Source of the DNA: the human T2T-CHM13v2.0 reference genome, Homo sapiens
DNA: 64,000 nucleotides
Assembly (NCBI RefSeq): GCF_009914755.1
Contig: NC_060943.1
Direction: 5' to 3' (one strand)
Each line of letters starts with the position of its first letter. Positions within the stretch are counted from its first letter, which is position 1. Positions 43,661 through 61,722 of the stretch are shown one piece after another. The translations under genes were made by a program, and so were the position numbers. Under the pieces are notes generated by a model. The model made no database searches. It was not told where the DNA came from and saw only the letters and a program-made list of their open reading frames with translations.

Positions 43661-44676
43661 GAGGGAGGTTCCAAGATGGCTGAATAGGAACAGCTCCCGT
43701 CTACGGCTCCCAGCATGAGCGATGCAGAAGATGGGTGATTTCCGCATTTCCAACTGAGGTACAGGGTTCATCTCACTGGGGCTTGTCAGACAGTGGGTGC
43801 AGCCCATGAAGCACAAGCCAAAGCAGGGCGGGACACCACCTCACCTGGGAAGTGCAAGGGGTCAGGGAATTCCCTTTGCTAGCCAAGGGAAGCTGTGACC
43901 AATGGTACCTGGAAAATTGGGACACTCCCACCCTAATACTGTGCTTTTCCAATGGTCTTAGCAAACAGCACACCAGGAGATTATATCCCATGCATGGTTC
44001 AGAGGGTCCCATGCCCGTGGAGCCTCACTCACTGCTAGCACAGCAGTCTAAGATCGAACTGCAAGGCAGCAGCAAGGCTGGGGAAGGGGCGTCTACCATT
44101 GCTGAGGCTTGAGTAGGTAAACAAAGTGGCCAGGAAGCTCGAAATGGGTGGAGCTCACAGCAGCTCAAGGAGGCCTGCCTGCCTTTGTAGATTCCACCTC
44201 TGGGGGCAGGTCATAGCTGAAGAAAAGGCAACAGAAACTTCTGCAGACTAAACGTCCCTGTCTGACAGCTTTGAAGAGAGTAGTGGTCCTCCCAGCACAG
44301 AGTTTGAGATATGAGAATGGACAGTCTGCCTCCTCAAGTGGGTCCCTGACCCCCGAGTAGCCTAACTGGGAGGCACCTCCCAGTAGGGGCCAACTGACAC
44401 CTCATACAGCCAGGTGCCCCTCTGGGATGACGCTTCCAGAGGAATGATCAGGCAGCAACATTTGCCATTCTGCAATATTTGCTGTTGTTCTGCAGCCTCT
44501 GCTGGTGACACCCAGGTAAACAGGGTCTGGAGTGGACCTCCAGCAAACTCCAACAGACCTGCAGATGAGGGTCCTGACTGTTAGAAGGAAAACTAACAAA
44601 CAGAAAGGACATCCACACCAAAACCCCATCTGTACATCACCATCATCAAAGACCAAAGGTAGATAAAACCACAAAG
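43661..44676 (+). promoter_or_regulatory. L1 5'UTR internal promoter (YY1 site caagatggc at 43672)
   Basis: Complete ~1-kb 5'UTR with many CpG-to-TpG/CpA decays; activity unknown. Confidence 0.75.
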
Positions 44677-45706
44677 ATGGAGAGAAACCAGAGAAGAAAA
44701 GCTGAAAATTCTAAAAATCAGAGCACTCTTCTCCTCCAAAGGAATGCAGCTCCTCACCAGCAATGGAACAAAGCTGAATGGAGAATGACTTTGACGAGTT
44801 GAGAGAAGAAGGCTTCAGACGATTGGTAATAACAAACTTCTCTGAGCTAAAGGAGGATGTTTGAACCCATTGCAAAGAAGCTAAACACCTTGAAAAAAGA
44901 TTAGACAAACGGCTAACTAGAATAGACAGTGTAGAGAAGATCTTAAATGACCTGATGGAGCTGAAAACCACGGCACAAGAACCACATGATGCATGCACAA
45001 GCTTCAGTAGATGATACGACCAAGTGGAAGAAAGGGTATCAGTGATTGAAGATCAAATGAATGAAATGAAGCAGGAAGAGAAGTTTAGAGAAAAAAAAAA
45101 GTAAAAAGAAATGAGCAAAGCCTCCAAGAAATACGGGACTATGTGAAAAGACCAAATCTACATCAGATTGGTGTACCTGAAAGTGACAGGGAGAAAGGAA
45201 CCAAGTTGGAAAACACTATTCAGGATATTATCCAGGAGAACTTCCCCAACCTAGTGAGGCAGGCCAACATTCACATTCAGGAAATACAGAGAATGCCACA
45301 AAGATACTACTTGAGAAGAGCAACTCCAAGACACATAATTGTCAGTCACCAAAGTTGAAATGAAGGAAAAAATATTAAGGGCAGCCAGAGAGAAAGGTCG
45401 GGTTACCCACAAAGGGAAGCCCATCAGACTAACAGCGGATCTCTCGGCAGAAACTCTACAAGCCAGAAGACAGTGGGGGCCAATATGCAACATTCTTAAA
45501 GAAAAGAATTTTCAACCCAGAATTTCATATCCAGCGAAGCTAAGCTTCATAAGTGAGGGAGAAATAAAATCCTTTACAGACGACATGAGCAAATGCTGAG
45601 AGATTTTGTCACCCCCAGGCCTGCCCTAAAAGAGCTCCTGAAGGAAGCACTAAACATGGAAAGGAACAACCAGTACCAGCCACTGCAAAAACATGACAAA
45701 TTGTAA
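44677..45706 (+). pseudogene. L1 ORF1p remnant (stops and frameshifts)
   Basis: ATG after accacaaag; fragments KRPNL...IIQENFPNL and MKEKILRAAREKGRVTHKGKPIRLTADLS. Confidence 0.93.
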
Positions 45707-45760
45707 AGACCATTAATGCTAGGAAGAAACTAACAAGCAAAATTACCAGCTAACATCATA

Positions 45761-49584
<3,824 letters not shown>

Positions 49585-50859
49585 ACAATGAGAACACTTG
49601 GACACAGGGTGGGGAACATCACACACCGGAGCCTGTCATGGGGTGGGGGGAGAGGGGAGGGCTAGCATTAGGAGATATACCTTATGTAAATGACGAGTTA
49701 ATGGGTGCAGCACACCAACATGGCACATGTATACATATGTAATAGACCTGAACTTTGTGCACATTTACCCTAGAACTTAAAGTATAATAAAAAAAAAAAA
49801 AAGCTGAAGATGATTAAAAATGATAACAAAATAGGCAAAAAAAATTATGATAGAAAGAAAATCTGACGTAATTGACTCCATCTCACTTCTACCAGGCTGA
49901 ATTGCTTTTGCTCATTCTTGTGTGGAGGCCATAATAGTCCTTTTCTTGATTTTCTCCCTGCCTTGTTCAAAGGTTGAAACTATATTTGTAAAGACTGATC
50001 AAAGGCCAGAAGGTCAGAATTCTGGTAGAGGCCTGAACTTTGCTAAAGAATGGGCACAATTAAACAATAATCAGCCATTGTTGGCTCAGCTTAATTTTAC
50101 TGCCCCAGAGTCACATAACAGAGGTCACAAGATTTGTAACTTCCCCAGCTGCTCCTACAAGTAACATCACTATTGTGAGGCCTAAAGGACTGGTCTTTGA
50201 GATATTTTTCTGATTTAGCATTTTGCTAAGAGTTACCACCTGGGCCTGTGACCAACACCAATGGATAGACTCAACTGGCCCTGTGACCCTTGGGTAAGAA
50301 ATGACTCAGCCACAGTTTCCACACCTCAGTGACTTTATCCCCAGCTAATCAATTGTTTCAGTTTCCCAGTCCCCTCCCCAGCAAAGAACCCATAAAAACC
50401 CTAGCCTCTGAATTCTCAGGGAAGTGGATTTGAGAATCTCTCCCATCTCCTTGTGTGCCTTCCCTGTGATTATTAAACTCTTTCTCTGCTGCAACACCTG
50501 CTGTCTCAGTGTATTGGCTTTTCTGAGCAATTGACAAGAAGCACCCATGGGGCTCTGACAACATCATGGTAGCAGCCTGCTCCTTCAACTGCTATTGAGT
50601 GGAAAGGAAACCCTGGTGTCCCTCCCCCTTCCCCAGGAAGGACTGGGCACTAGCCCCTGAGGGTTGATGGTGGATCATTATTCATTCATTAATTCATTCA
50701 TTCTCTTATCAGCACCTTCCAATATCCAGTCAACAAACAAGCTGAGAAGGCCCAGGTGATGGAAACCTCCTCACAGAGGCTGAGGAAGGGAGATGGATGA
50801 GCCCCAAAGCACACTACCAGGTTACAGAATAAGTGCTGTGGCACCAAAACAACATGGTG

Positions 50860-51040
50860 GCATGGTCACAAGAGTGAACCCCACACTCAAAGCCCTGGGC
50901 TGGAGTCCAGCCCTCACCAACTACAGGACTCAGTTTCCTCATCTATAAGATGGGGGTGATAAAAATGCCCATTTTATGGAGTGTGGTGGGAGGACTAGAG
51001 GAGATGTGAAGGTGTTTAGAAAATCTCTGGCATGTGGTGG
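50860..51040 (+). mobile_element. MIR SINE
   Basis: ctcagtttcctcatctataagatggggg MIR core. Confidence 0.7.
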
Positions 51041-51365
51041 CTGTCTCATGAGGGACTAGCCATGGTCACTAAGTATCACTGTCATGAGATGAGAACATCT
51101 TCTTGGGTTTGCAGATCTGCTGTGAGGGCACTGGCCTGGGTTTGCCACATACCCCTCTAGGTATTCACAGGCATTTAAATGCCTTTAGCCTTCACAGTGA
51201 CGGTCACCCTTTAAGAAGGACACACATTAGCATCTGTCTTTGACAGAGGAAGAACCAGTGCACTGACGGGCTAAGTGACTTGTACAGGACACAGTGCTAA
51301 CACAGGGGTGAGCCTGAATCCATCCCAGACAGTGGCCTCCAGCAACTGCTTTCCCAACCACTGCA

Positions 51366-51605
51366 ATTCCACTGCCAAAGAAAGGAAGGGCAGGAAGTCT
51401 TTCAGAGGGGAGGGAGCCTGAAAGTCCTCACCTACCGAATGCCTGGCATTTACTCATTTCATATTCTCAGTAAGTCCTACTGCCCTCACTGTAGGTGAGG
51501 AAGCTGAGGTTCATAGGTGAAGCAAGCAGCCAAAGTCACATATCTGTTAAACAGCTGGGTTGGGACCTCATCTCTGGACTCCCCTGCACACCCTCAGTCC
51601 ACACT
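51366..51605 (+). repeat. 240-bp local duplication, copy 2
   Basis: About 87% identical to 43357-43596. Confidence 0.95.
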
Positions 51606-52323
51606 TCAAGCCACATTCTCCATCTAGCCTCGCCAACAGGCCTCAGGACCTACAGCTATGACCATCCTGTTCACAGTATTTGCTTTGTTTTGATTTTAAT
51701 GCTTCTCTGAAAGGATGATGTTCACCTTTCTTGACCTCAGAGAAGCCAGAGAGGAGATAGTCATCTCCGTGGATGGCAAAGGCCCATGTGTTGTGAGTGG
51801 CAGCCACCCCCTAGCTGGAGGTCAGGTCCACATAGAATCCCCATTGTAAGCACACCACAGTGATATGGCTACCTGAGTAAATCCTGTGGGGAAGTCTGTG
51901 GATGCAAAGACTCACCTGTAAAGCAAACGGTCCTGCTTCCATTCACCATGTTCATCTTCTGATAATGTAAGAAGCACATCGTATGTGTGATGTGCGTGGT
52001 GACTCACACCATAACAGTGGCTACCACTTATTGAGAATTTACAAATGTCAGCAGCTATCCTAATAATGTCACATGTTATCTCATTTATCTGGGACAACAG
52101 CTCTATCAGGTAAGTTCTGATGTTATCATCATTTTCCAGGTGCTACCTCAATCGAGAAGGCAGGGCAGGGACACTCCAAGTGTGCTCCCTGGATCGATAG
52201 CATCAGTGTCACCTAGGAATATTGCAGAAAGGCACATTCTTAGTCTCAGATCAGGTCTGTTGTATCAGAGCCTCTGGGCAGCACCCCGCCATCTGTGCTT
52301 TCATAAGCCCTCCAAGGGATTCT

Positions 52324-52982
<659 letters not shown>

Positions 52983-53068
52983 CACCTGCAGGTGAGTATG
53001 ATGTGTTAAAGTTTGAGATCAACCAGACTAGGGATAACAAAAGACCTCAAGATCTCAATGGCTTACAT

Positions 53069-53278
53069 CAGGGGCTGTCAAACTATGGCCAAAGGCCAAA
53101 CCCAGCCCACTGCTAGTTTTTGTAAATGAAGTCTTATTGGAACACAGCCATGTCCATTGGTTTGCAGTGCTGCCTGTGACTGCTTTGCAGATACAGAGGC
53201 AGAGTTGGGTAAGTTTGACAGAGACCACATGACCTACAAACCCTAAAATATTTTCTCTCTGGTCTTTTTTCAACCCTG
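53069..53278. mobile_element. MER58A-like hAT MITE, probably within an old MLT1 LTR
   Basis: cagggg...caaactatggcc...tttttgtaaat...ttattggaacacagccatg...aaaatattt...ccctg. Confidence 0.85.
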
Positions 53279-53899
53279 GCTTCGAGCAACAAAGGTCATG
53301 TCTCGGATCCACTGCAGGTCTATGGAGGCCAGTTGTGGCTCTACATTCTGTCTCTCTTTCTGTCCCAGGCTGCAGTGGCAGGCTCTGCCTGGGGCTTTGT
53401 AGCACATTGGGCTAGGAAAAAGGACACAGGGAGACACATGCAACAATTAAAGCTTCTGCTCTGAAATAACACACATCATTGGGTCATATTCCATTAGCCC
53501 AAGCCTAATGTCCTTGGAATATTAAAGAATAATCCAACCTCCACACTCAATCCATCTAATCCGACAATCCAGCCCTGTCGTCGGGTCACAAATACCCAGC
53601 TTATTCTCCTTCCACATGCAGAACCCATACCCCTCTCCCAAGAGAGGTGGCCTAGCTAGTCATAACATCAGGCTCAAGGCCCATCTCAGGACTGTCTCTG
53701 TGGGGCAGAGTGATCTCTCTGACCTCCTGAACAAAGATAACATGCACCATGGAACAGAGACAGGGTGGCCACAGGGACATTCCCAGCTGGATCAGGTGGG
53801 GGCGGGGATGGGAGCAGTCTCAGCCCTACGGGTGGATATTGATACCACTCCATAGGAAGGCCCACAGTACCTTGTCTTCTGTGCCCCTTAAACTATAGC

Positions 53900-54797
53900 C
53901 TGGCATTATCCTAAGAAAATTAAGGCAGAAATAGAAAACCAAATACCGCACGTTCTCACTTAAAAATAGAAGTTAAATGTTGGGTACACATGAACACAAA
54001 GATAGGAAAAATAAACTTCAGGGATTCCAAAATGGGGGAGAGAGGGAGGGGTTGAAAAACTACTTATTGGGTACTATGTTTGCTACTTAAGCAATGGGAC
54101 CGTTAGAAGCTCAAACCTCAGCATCACGCAACATATCCATGTAACAAAGCACCTCGGCATCACATGATATACCCAAGTAACAAACCTGCACTCAGCATCA
54201 CACAATATACTCAAGTAAGAAACTTGCACTCAGCATTACACAATATACCCAAGTAACAAACCTGCACCTCAGCGCCACAGAATATACCCAAGTAACAAAC
54301 CCGCACCTCAGCATCACACAATATACCCAAGTAACAAACCCGCACTCAGCATCACACAATATACCCAAGTAAAAAACCTGCATCTCATCATCACACAATA
54401 TAGCCAAGTAAAAAACCTGCACCTCTGCATCACACAATACACTCAAGTAACAAACATGCACGTCATCACCAGCAAATACCCAAGTAACAAACCTGCACTC
54501 AGCACCATGCAATATACCCAAGTAACAAACCTGCACTCAGCATCACACAGTATACCCAAGTAACAAACCTGCACTCAGCATCACACAGTATACCCAAGTA
54601 ACAAACCTGCACCTCAGCATCACAGTATACCCAAGTAACAAACCTGTACCTCATCATCATACAGTATATCCATGTAACAAACCTGCACCTCAGCGTCACC
54701 CAATGTACCCAAGTAACAAACCTGCACCTCAGTGTCACACAATGTACCCAAGTAACAAACCTGCACATGCATCCCTTGAATCTCAAATAAAAATAAG
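53900..54797 (+). mobile_element. L1PB/old-L1PA 3' end fragment with tandem-amplified 3'UTR
   Basis: aaaaccaaataccgcacgttctcactta...gggttgaaaaactac.tattgggtactatg...tgaatctcaaataaaa. Confidence 0.9.
54113..54766. repeat. 38-39-bp minisatellite, about 17 copies
   Basis: Unit cacctcagcatcacacaatatacccaagtaacaaacctg. Confidence 0.97.
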
Positions 54798-55399
54798 GTA
54801 AAATGCAGATTCTCAGACACCAAAAACAAAATCTATGGCACAAGAGGTTTTCTCTGTTCTATTATTCTTGTCCCCCTCTAATGAGGGTGGCAGAAAATAA
54901 GCTCTACCTGTGGAAACAGTTCTGTTTCCTCAGCCTGCTTCCTGACCAGATGAGGCCGGGGGCTCAAGGGTTGTTTTAAGCCCCAGACAGGCTTTGGCTG
55001 TATTTGCCCAGGTCTGTGATTCTTTTGCAGCAGAATTCTCTTAAAACATATTTGTTTCTTATTTATTTGATTCCAGGCAGATCCAGGTAGCATTGACCAC
55101 ACTCATGTCCAATTCTCCTGACTTAATTGTGGGTGCCCTGATTGCATCTGGCTTCTATGGGACAGTCACTCCCTAGTCTTTTGTCCTGGAGCCATAATGG
55201 GGAAACTGAGGCTCAGAAAGATGAAGTAAACTTTCTCTGGCTTCAGCTCTGGGATTGAACCCAGCTCTCTAGGTCTCCAGAGCTGTCTATACCACCTCTG
55301 CCCATCATCCAAAATGTCCAGACTTATACTCCTATTCTGTGTCAAATAATTCCACAGCCTTAATAAGCAATTGTCAGAGGCTTGAAGAAAACTGAATTA

Positions 55400-56090
55400 G
55401 ATGTCCCTAAGAACTGCAGAACTCTCAGAACTTAAAGACTCTGTTCAGACCCCTGCCCTAAGATGCTTGACCAAACTCCAGCATGGGTCCTAGCAGGATG
55501 AGGCCATGTCCCCAGGATGACCCCAGCCCCCGATTAAAATGCCTGCCTGAGAAAGATCAACATTGCCAGGAAAGTTTACTTTTCATTCCAGGCCACACCT
55601 GACCTGGGCCTCTGACCTCCCTTTCTTAAAGCATTTACTAAAATGAGCTTATAATTGTGAATGTATCTTCTGCAACTCAGGAGCATCCTTGTGGAGGACC
55701 CAAGAGCTGTTCCTTTGAAATGCAGTCATTAAGAAGGATAGTGCCTCTGTCTCCCAGCCTCTGTCAGAGAATGGAGCCCTAACTTAGATCACTGCCCACT
55801 GGCAGACCCGATTGGCCTCACCGCATTTACCCCAACCAACCCTCTGACCATTTTCCCTTCTCTGGCTCTGCTGAGCCCCCACTCTTCCCACTTCCTCCTT
55901 CTCCCTTTAATACACCCAGCTCACCTCTGCAGGAATCAGAATGGGGCTCTGCTCTTCCCCGCACTGGATAACCACTGTTATCCAGTAGTTACTGGATAAC
56001 TACTGTGGATAACTACTGTTATCCAGTAGTTACTGGATAACATCTGTTTTCACCACTTTAAGTAGTATCCGGCTGTGTTTATTTTTGACA
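55400..56090 (+). mobile_element. ERV1-class LTR (MER67-like), 5' boundary uncertain
   Basis: atgcctgcctgagaaag; ends atctgttttcaccactttaa...tccggctgtgtttatttttgaca. Confidence 0.65.
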
Positions 56091-58083
56091 CCCCCTTCTC
56101 ACCCAATACTTCTTTCACAGACACCCCTTTGCTTTCTCCCAAGGCTCAAGTGTCCTTATCAAACTTTAAGGAATGTTAACATCACTGGGAGGTGGGAGCA
56201 TGCTTGTTAAAAACACATAGCTCCAAGCACCAATCTCTCGGGATTTCATTTCATAGAGTGGGTAGAGACTGGGAATCAGCATTTTAGCAAGGAAGACTAC
56301 CTCCTCAGCCCCCCAGGGGATTCTGGTGCAAAGGTAGGCTTGCCACTCTTTGAGGAACATTGCCCTATCAGGTCTGTAATTTCCACCTGCTAGGGGATGA
56401 ATAACGTTCTGTGAGAAAGTAGCAAGTTCTTCCAAAGGTGCTTGCAGACATGTGAGAAGAAGCACTTCATTAATTTGCACCCCAGTCCTTGGAGGTGGCA
56501 CCGTGACAGTTATAATTATCCCTCGATTACTTGGAGGGATTTAAGTGTTCTTAGAGAACAAACTTAGGCACAGAAGTTAAGTGACTGCCAAATGCACCCA
56601 GCAGGCTGGTGGTGGGAATCAGGCCATGAAGGGGCAGACCAAGGACACACAAGTCCCCGCAGAGGCCAGACATTAGCTACAAGGTACAATAAATCACCTC
56701 CTCTTGTGCACCAACCCAGAAGGAGGGAAGAAAGCAGAGAAGGACAAGACAAAAGGAAGAAAAGAGTCAACTAATGTTGTCTCAATCCACAGGCCATAGA
56801 AGTGCTTCACTGAATTTCATAAAACACTGAGTTAGTTGCCAATAGTTTCAAATCAGATAGCTGCACATAAGAATGTAAATCTCAGCTTCTCAGGAAAAAT
56901 CAGAGGCTCTGGAAACACACAGAGCTAAGGGCAGCAATTCACTTTGGAGGCAGCGTGCAACCTCCTGCCACTAAATGACTGCCATGCTCATTGACCTGTG
57001 CAGGCCCCAGAGGTGACCCCGGCCCAGTCAGTGGATCATACTTCCCGTCACAGCTAAGCTTGGGGAGAGGACTAGCGTTTCCTCTCCTCACTGAGTGTCA
57101 AATAAATACCTAGCTTGGAGGGTCTGCAGAGTGGGGCTCCTGTGATGGACAAGTGCTTCCAGTGAGTGTGGAAAGCCCTTTATCTTCTTCCAAGAGATCT
57201 GTGCAAACTCCCCCTCCTCCAGCAGAAAAGGCAATGGTCTGGACATTTCATTGCACCTTGGAACAAGTAAATCACTTTGGACTTTCCTAAAACCTGCTCT
57301 GTCACCATCGGCCATTGCCAGGCCAAGGAAACAGAGAAGAATTTGTGGAAGCAAAACAGCTCCTTGCGGGTGAGAAAAATCTTACTTAGGTTTTTCTGGC
57401 AGCAGAAGCAGTTGAACAAAGAGAGATTTCTAAGAGAAAATGAAAAGCTTTAGAATGAGTTTATCGCCAACAAAGCCAGCTCAAGCTTGGGGCTTTTTCA
57501 TAATATTTTAAAATTAAGTTAACATTCATTTAACACTAAAACAGGAATTTAATGAAGTCTGAAAAATAATCCGGCCTTTGAATGAGATATCTAAAATTCC
57601 ATTTTAATATGCAAAACAATGTAAGATAATTGTATTCAAGCAATAATTCAAAAACATTTTATCATAATTGCAAGTTCACACAAAAATATGAAGGAACCAC
57701 TGTAATATTCTCAATATGAGGAAATATGGGGGAACTAAAAAAGTAATGGTCTTTAATTCAAAACCAACTAATAAGGCATATAGATAAGTATTAGATTACT
57801 GTACGATTTTATCTGCAACAGTTAAACCCTGGAACATGGCTGAGAATCAGTGAAAACCAAAGTCATCCTCTGTAACCAGCCAGATGCACAGTCACTTCTG
57901 GTCGCAATTAGCCATGCTTGGACAGTCACGTTTTCTCCTTAAGAAACCAAACAGAATTCCAGATTCTCTCTATCCTGCCACAGGTTCCCTGTTCATAACA
58001 CATTTTTTATTCTTGAGTCTATTAGCTCCAGATGATATCCAGAAACTCATTTTCAAAAGCAGCTTTTAGAAATGGCACAAAAC

Positions 58084-58431
<348 letters not shown>

Positions 58432-58520
58432 TTATAAACATGAAGCCCACAATTATAGAGCAAAGATAGTTGCTTTGCGTTTCCTAGGATCAAATGGAAG
58501 CCCCTATTCAGAACTAAATG

Positions 58521-58886
<366 letters not shown>

Positions 58887-59004
58887 CTATCTAGAACATG
58901 GGAGTGATATTGTACATATATGATAAATCCAATAAGATCTCTTTGGAGTGAGGGGTGACATGAGCATAGGAGACTGGCTTTATGCATTGCAAAATTGTCA
59001 AATG

Positions 59005-59560
59005 CTGTCTTGGGACTCCTTGGGTTATAGATGACATAAGCCTACCCAACTCAACTTAATCAAAAAAGGAATTACCGGTTCTTGCCACTGAATAGTTGGG
59101 TTTGGATGCAGCTGGTTGCAGGAGATTCAACACTGTCATCAGAACTCTGCATCTCTCCACATCTCTTCCTGGTGTTGGCTTCATTCTCAGACAGTCTGTC
59201 TCTTCATATAGCTTTCTGCAGGCTCACAGTTACATTAGCCTTGCAGCAATCTCAGGAGGAAAAGTGTCTCTTACCCTATGGTTCTAGCAAATATTAAAGA
59301 GTTGGCTTGTTCTGACTGGATCATCTTGAATTGAGGAGAAATCCCTAAACCTACTGTAGTAGCCATCCATGGAAAAGAAGTGTTCTAATTGGAGAGAACA
59401 GGTTTATGGACTCACTCCAGGATCCTTGGGAAAGAGGTCTTAGCCCCACCCAAATGTCATAGATTGCGCTTGGAGGAAAGGCTAACCCCCTAAGAAAAAA
59501 TCATGGTGCTGTTATCACAAAAAGAAGACAAGAATAATAGACAAGTAAAAATACCCATTG
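59005..59560 (-). mobile_element. Old MaLR LTR (MLT1K-like)
   Basis: cccaactcaacttaatcaaaaaaggaatt...ttggcttcattctcagacag...ggtgctgttatc. Confidence 0.55.
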
Positions 59561-59841
59561 CTTCCTACACATGCCCTAGAAGACATTTAATGTATGTGCA
59601 GTGGGCATTCAGAGAGAGAAACAGAAGTGTTATAACACGTGCACTGCCTCACATGTAACAGGAAAAGGACAAGGAGAGGGAAGGAATGGAGGGGAAGCTG
59701 CCCGCACACTTGGCTTGAGTTCAGTTTCTTTGGATCCTCTATTTTCTCATAAATCACAGCCCATTTGACGATAAGAATCACCTCTTCCAGTACCCAACCA
59801 TTGTGGACCTAAGAAACTAAAGTTACATCGATCTATGCTCC

Positions 59842-61230
59842 ATTCATGATTAATTCATTCAATAAATACTGATTTAGCAACTACTCTGGGCAGAGTCCTC
59901 ATCGATATTCCAGAGTTAGAGTAATGACAATGAGCACACAAAAATCCTTGTCCTTGTGGAGCTTACAGTCAAGTCAATGGACACAGATAACAAATAGGAA
60001 AGAAAAAAATTAACATAAAGGATGTCAGAGGGTGATAAGTACTTGGGAAAAAAACAAGGCAGGAAAGAGAAAAGGTGTGTCAAGGGTAAAGAGACATTCT
60101 TACAGTAAGATTATGAAGTCTAAAGAAAGTGAAGGAGTACACCATATGGCTACTTAAGGGAAGAGCATTCCAGGCATAGGGAACAGCCTGTGCAAAGCCC
60201 TGAGGTAGATCTGTGCCTAGACGCTTTAAGAAGACCAGTGTGGCGTGAGAGTGAGCAGTAAGTAGATGAAGTGAGAATGGTAACAAAAAGTAGAGGGTAT
60301 AGGACCTTAGATATTGTAAGAATGCTGGTTTTTACTCTGAGTACCTGGGAAACAGTTGGATTATTTAAATAGTAGAGGCCATAATATGACATCTATTTTT
60401 AAAACATCACCCTGGAATGGACTACAGAGGGAAAGAGCAAAAACAGGGAGACATCTGCAATAATCTAGGTTAGAGATGAGACGGTGGCTAAGGAATTTTG
60501 GCCATACTTGGAAGGTAAAGCTGACAAGATTTGCTGAAAGATTTGATTTGGGCTATTCTCCAAGAGAGTAGTCAAGGATGACCCTGAGAATGGGTCATCC
60601 ATCCATGGAGTTGCTGTTCATTGGTGCAGGGAAGAAAATAGAAGAAACTTGTGAGAAGGTGGTAGAAGGTAGGAGTTTCATGTTGGACATGTTGGGTTTG
60701 AGATGTTGGTTAGACATCTGAGTGAGTCTGGAGAGTAGGTAGCTGGTATACAATTCTACAGTTCAGGAGGCAAGTCTGAGATAGAAATGACCATTTGGAA
60801 ATGACCATTTTTGTCGTGTGTATAAGGTATTTAAAGCCATGAGATTAAAGGCAATCACTGAGAGAGAGACCGTTAATAAGAGAGGATACGTATAAAGACA
60901 GCCTGGGGACGTTCCAATTTTAGCAATCAAGGAAAGGAGGAGAAAATGGCAAAGGGATCTGGAAAGCAGACCCAGTAACGTAGAAGAAAAGCTACAAGAG
61001 TCTGGCTTCCTGGAAGCCAAATGAACAAAATGTTTATGGAGGAAAAACTTTTCAAATACTGCAAATATTTAGGAAATATTTCAGATTGCAAATAGGCCAA
61101 GTGAGATGAAGGCTGATAATTGACAATTTCCTGGCCAATGTGTAGGTCATTAGCAGTTTCAGTGTAGCTATAAGAACATAAGAACTGGAGATAAAAAATA
61201 GCAGCAATTCTTTTGTAGAGTTTTGCTGAT
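59842..61230 (-). mobile_element. L2 LINE fragment (~1.4 kb)
   Basis: ttcattcaataaata antisense 3' end; gtggagcttacagtc; gggaagagcattccaggc; ggacatgttgggtttgagatg; aaagccatgaga. Confidence 0.85.
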
Positions 61231-61481
61231 ATATCAGCTATTTGGAAAGGTGACCTGCTGGTTCACCAGCTTCAAAAAAACTCTTTAATTTATTGTCTCA
61301 TATTAATGTATGATGAGGAGCCAGACTCTGTTGGAGTTATCCTCTGCATAGCACTTTTCAGAAAGAATAAAAATCACAGAATGACAATGTAAATCATCAA
61401 GACCAAGGTGTTTCCAACCAATCTCAAATTAAGATAAGCACGCTGTTCATATGAAATAAGCCAGAAGTTCTCTATTTCATT

Positions 61482-61722
61482 CTTTTTTTTTTTTCTTGAA
61501 ACAGAATCTCACTCTATCACCCAGGCTGGAGAGCAGAGGAGCAGCTCACTGCAACCTCCGCCACCCAAGTAGCTGGGATTACAGGTGCCAGCTACCATGC
61601 CCAGTAGAGACAGGGTTTCACCACATTGGCCAGGCTGGTCTGTAACTCCTGACCTCAAGTGATTCGCCCTCCTCGGCCTCCCAAAGTGCTTGGATTAAAG
61701 GTGTGGGCCACCATACCCTGTC
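61482..61722 (-). mobile_element. Alu with three internal deletions
   Basis: About 240 bp with both ends present; TSD tctctatttcattct/tctctatgccattct. Confidence 0.9.
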
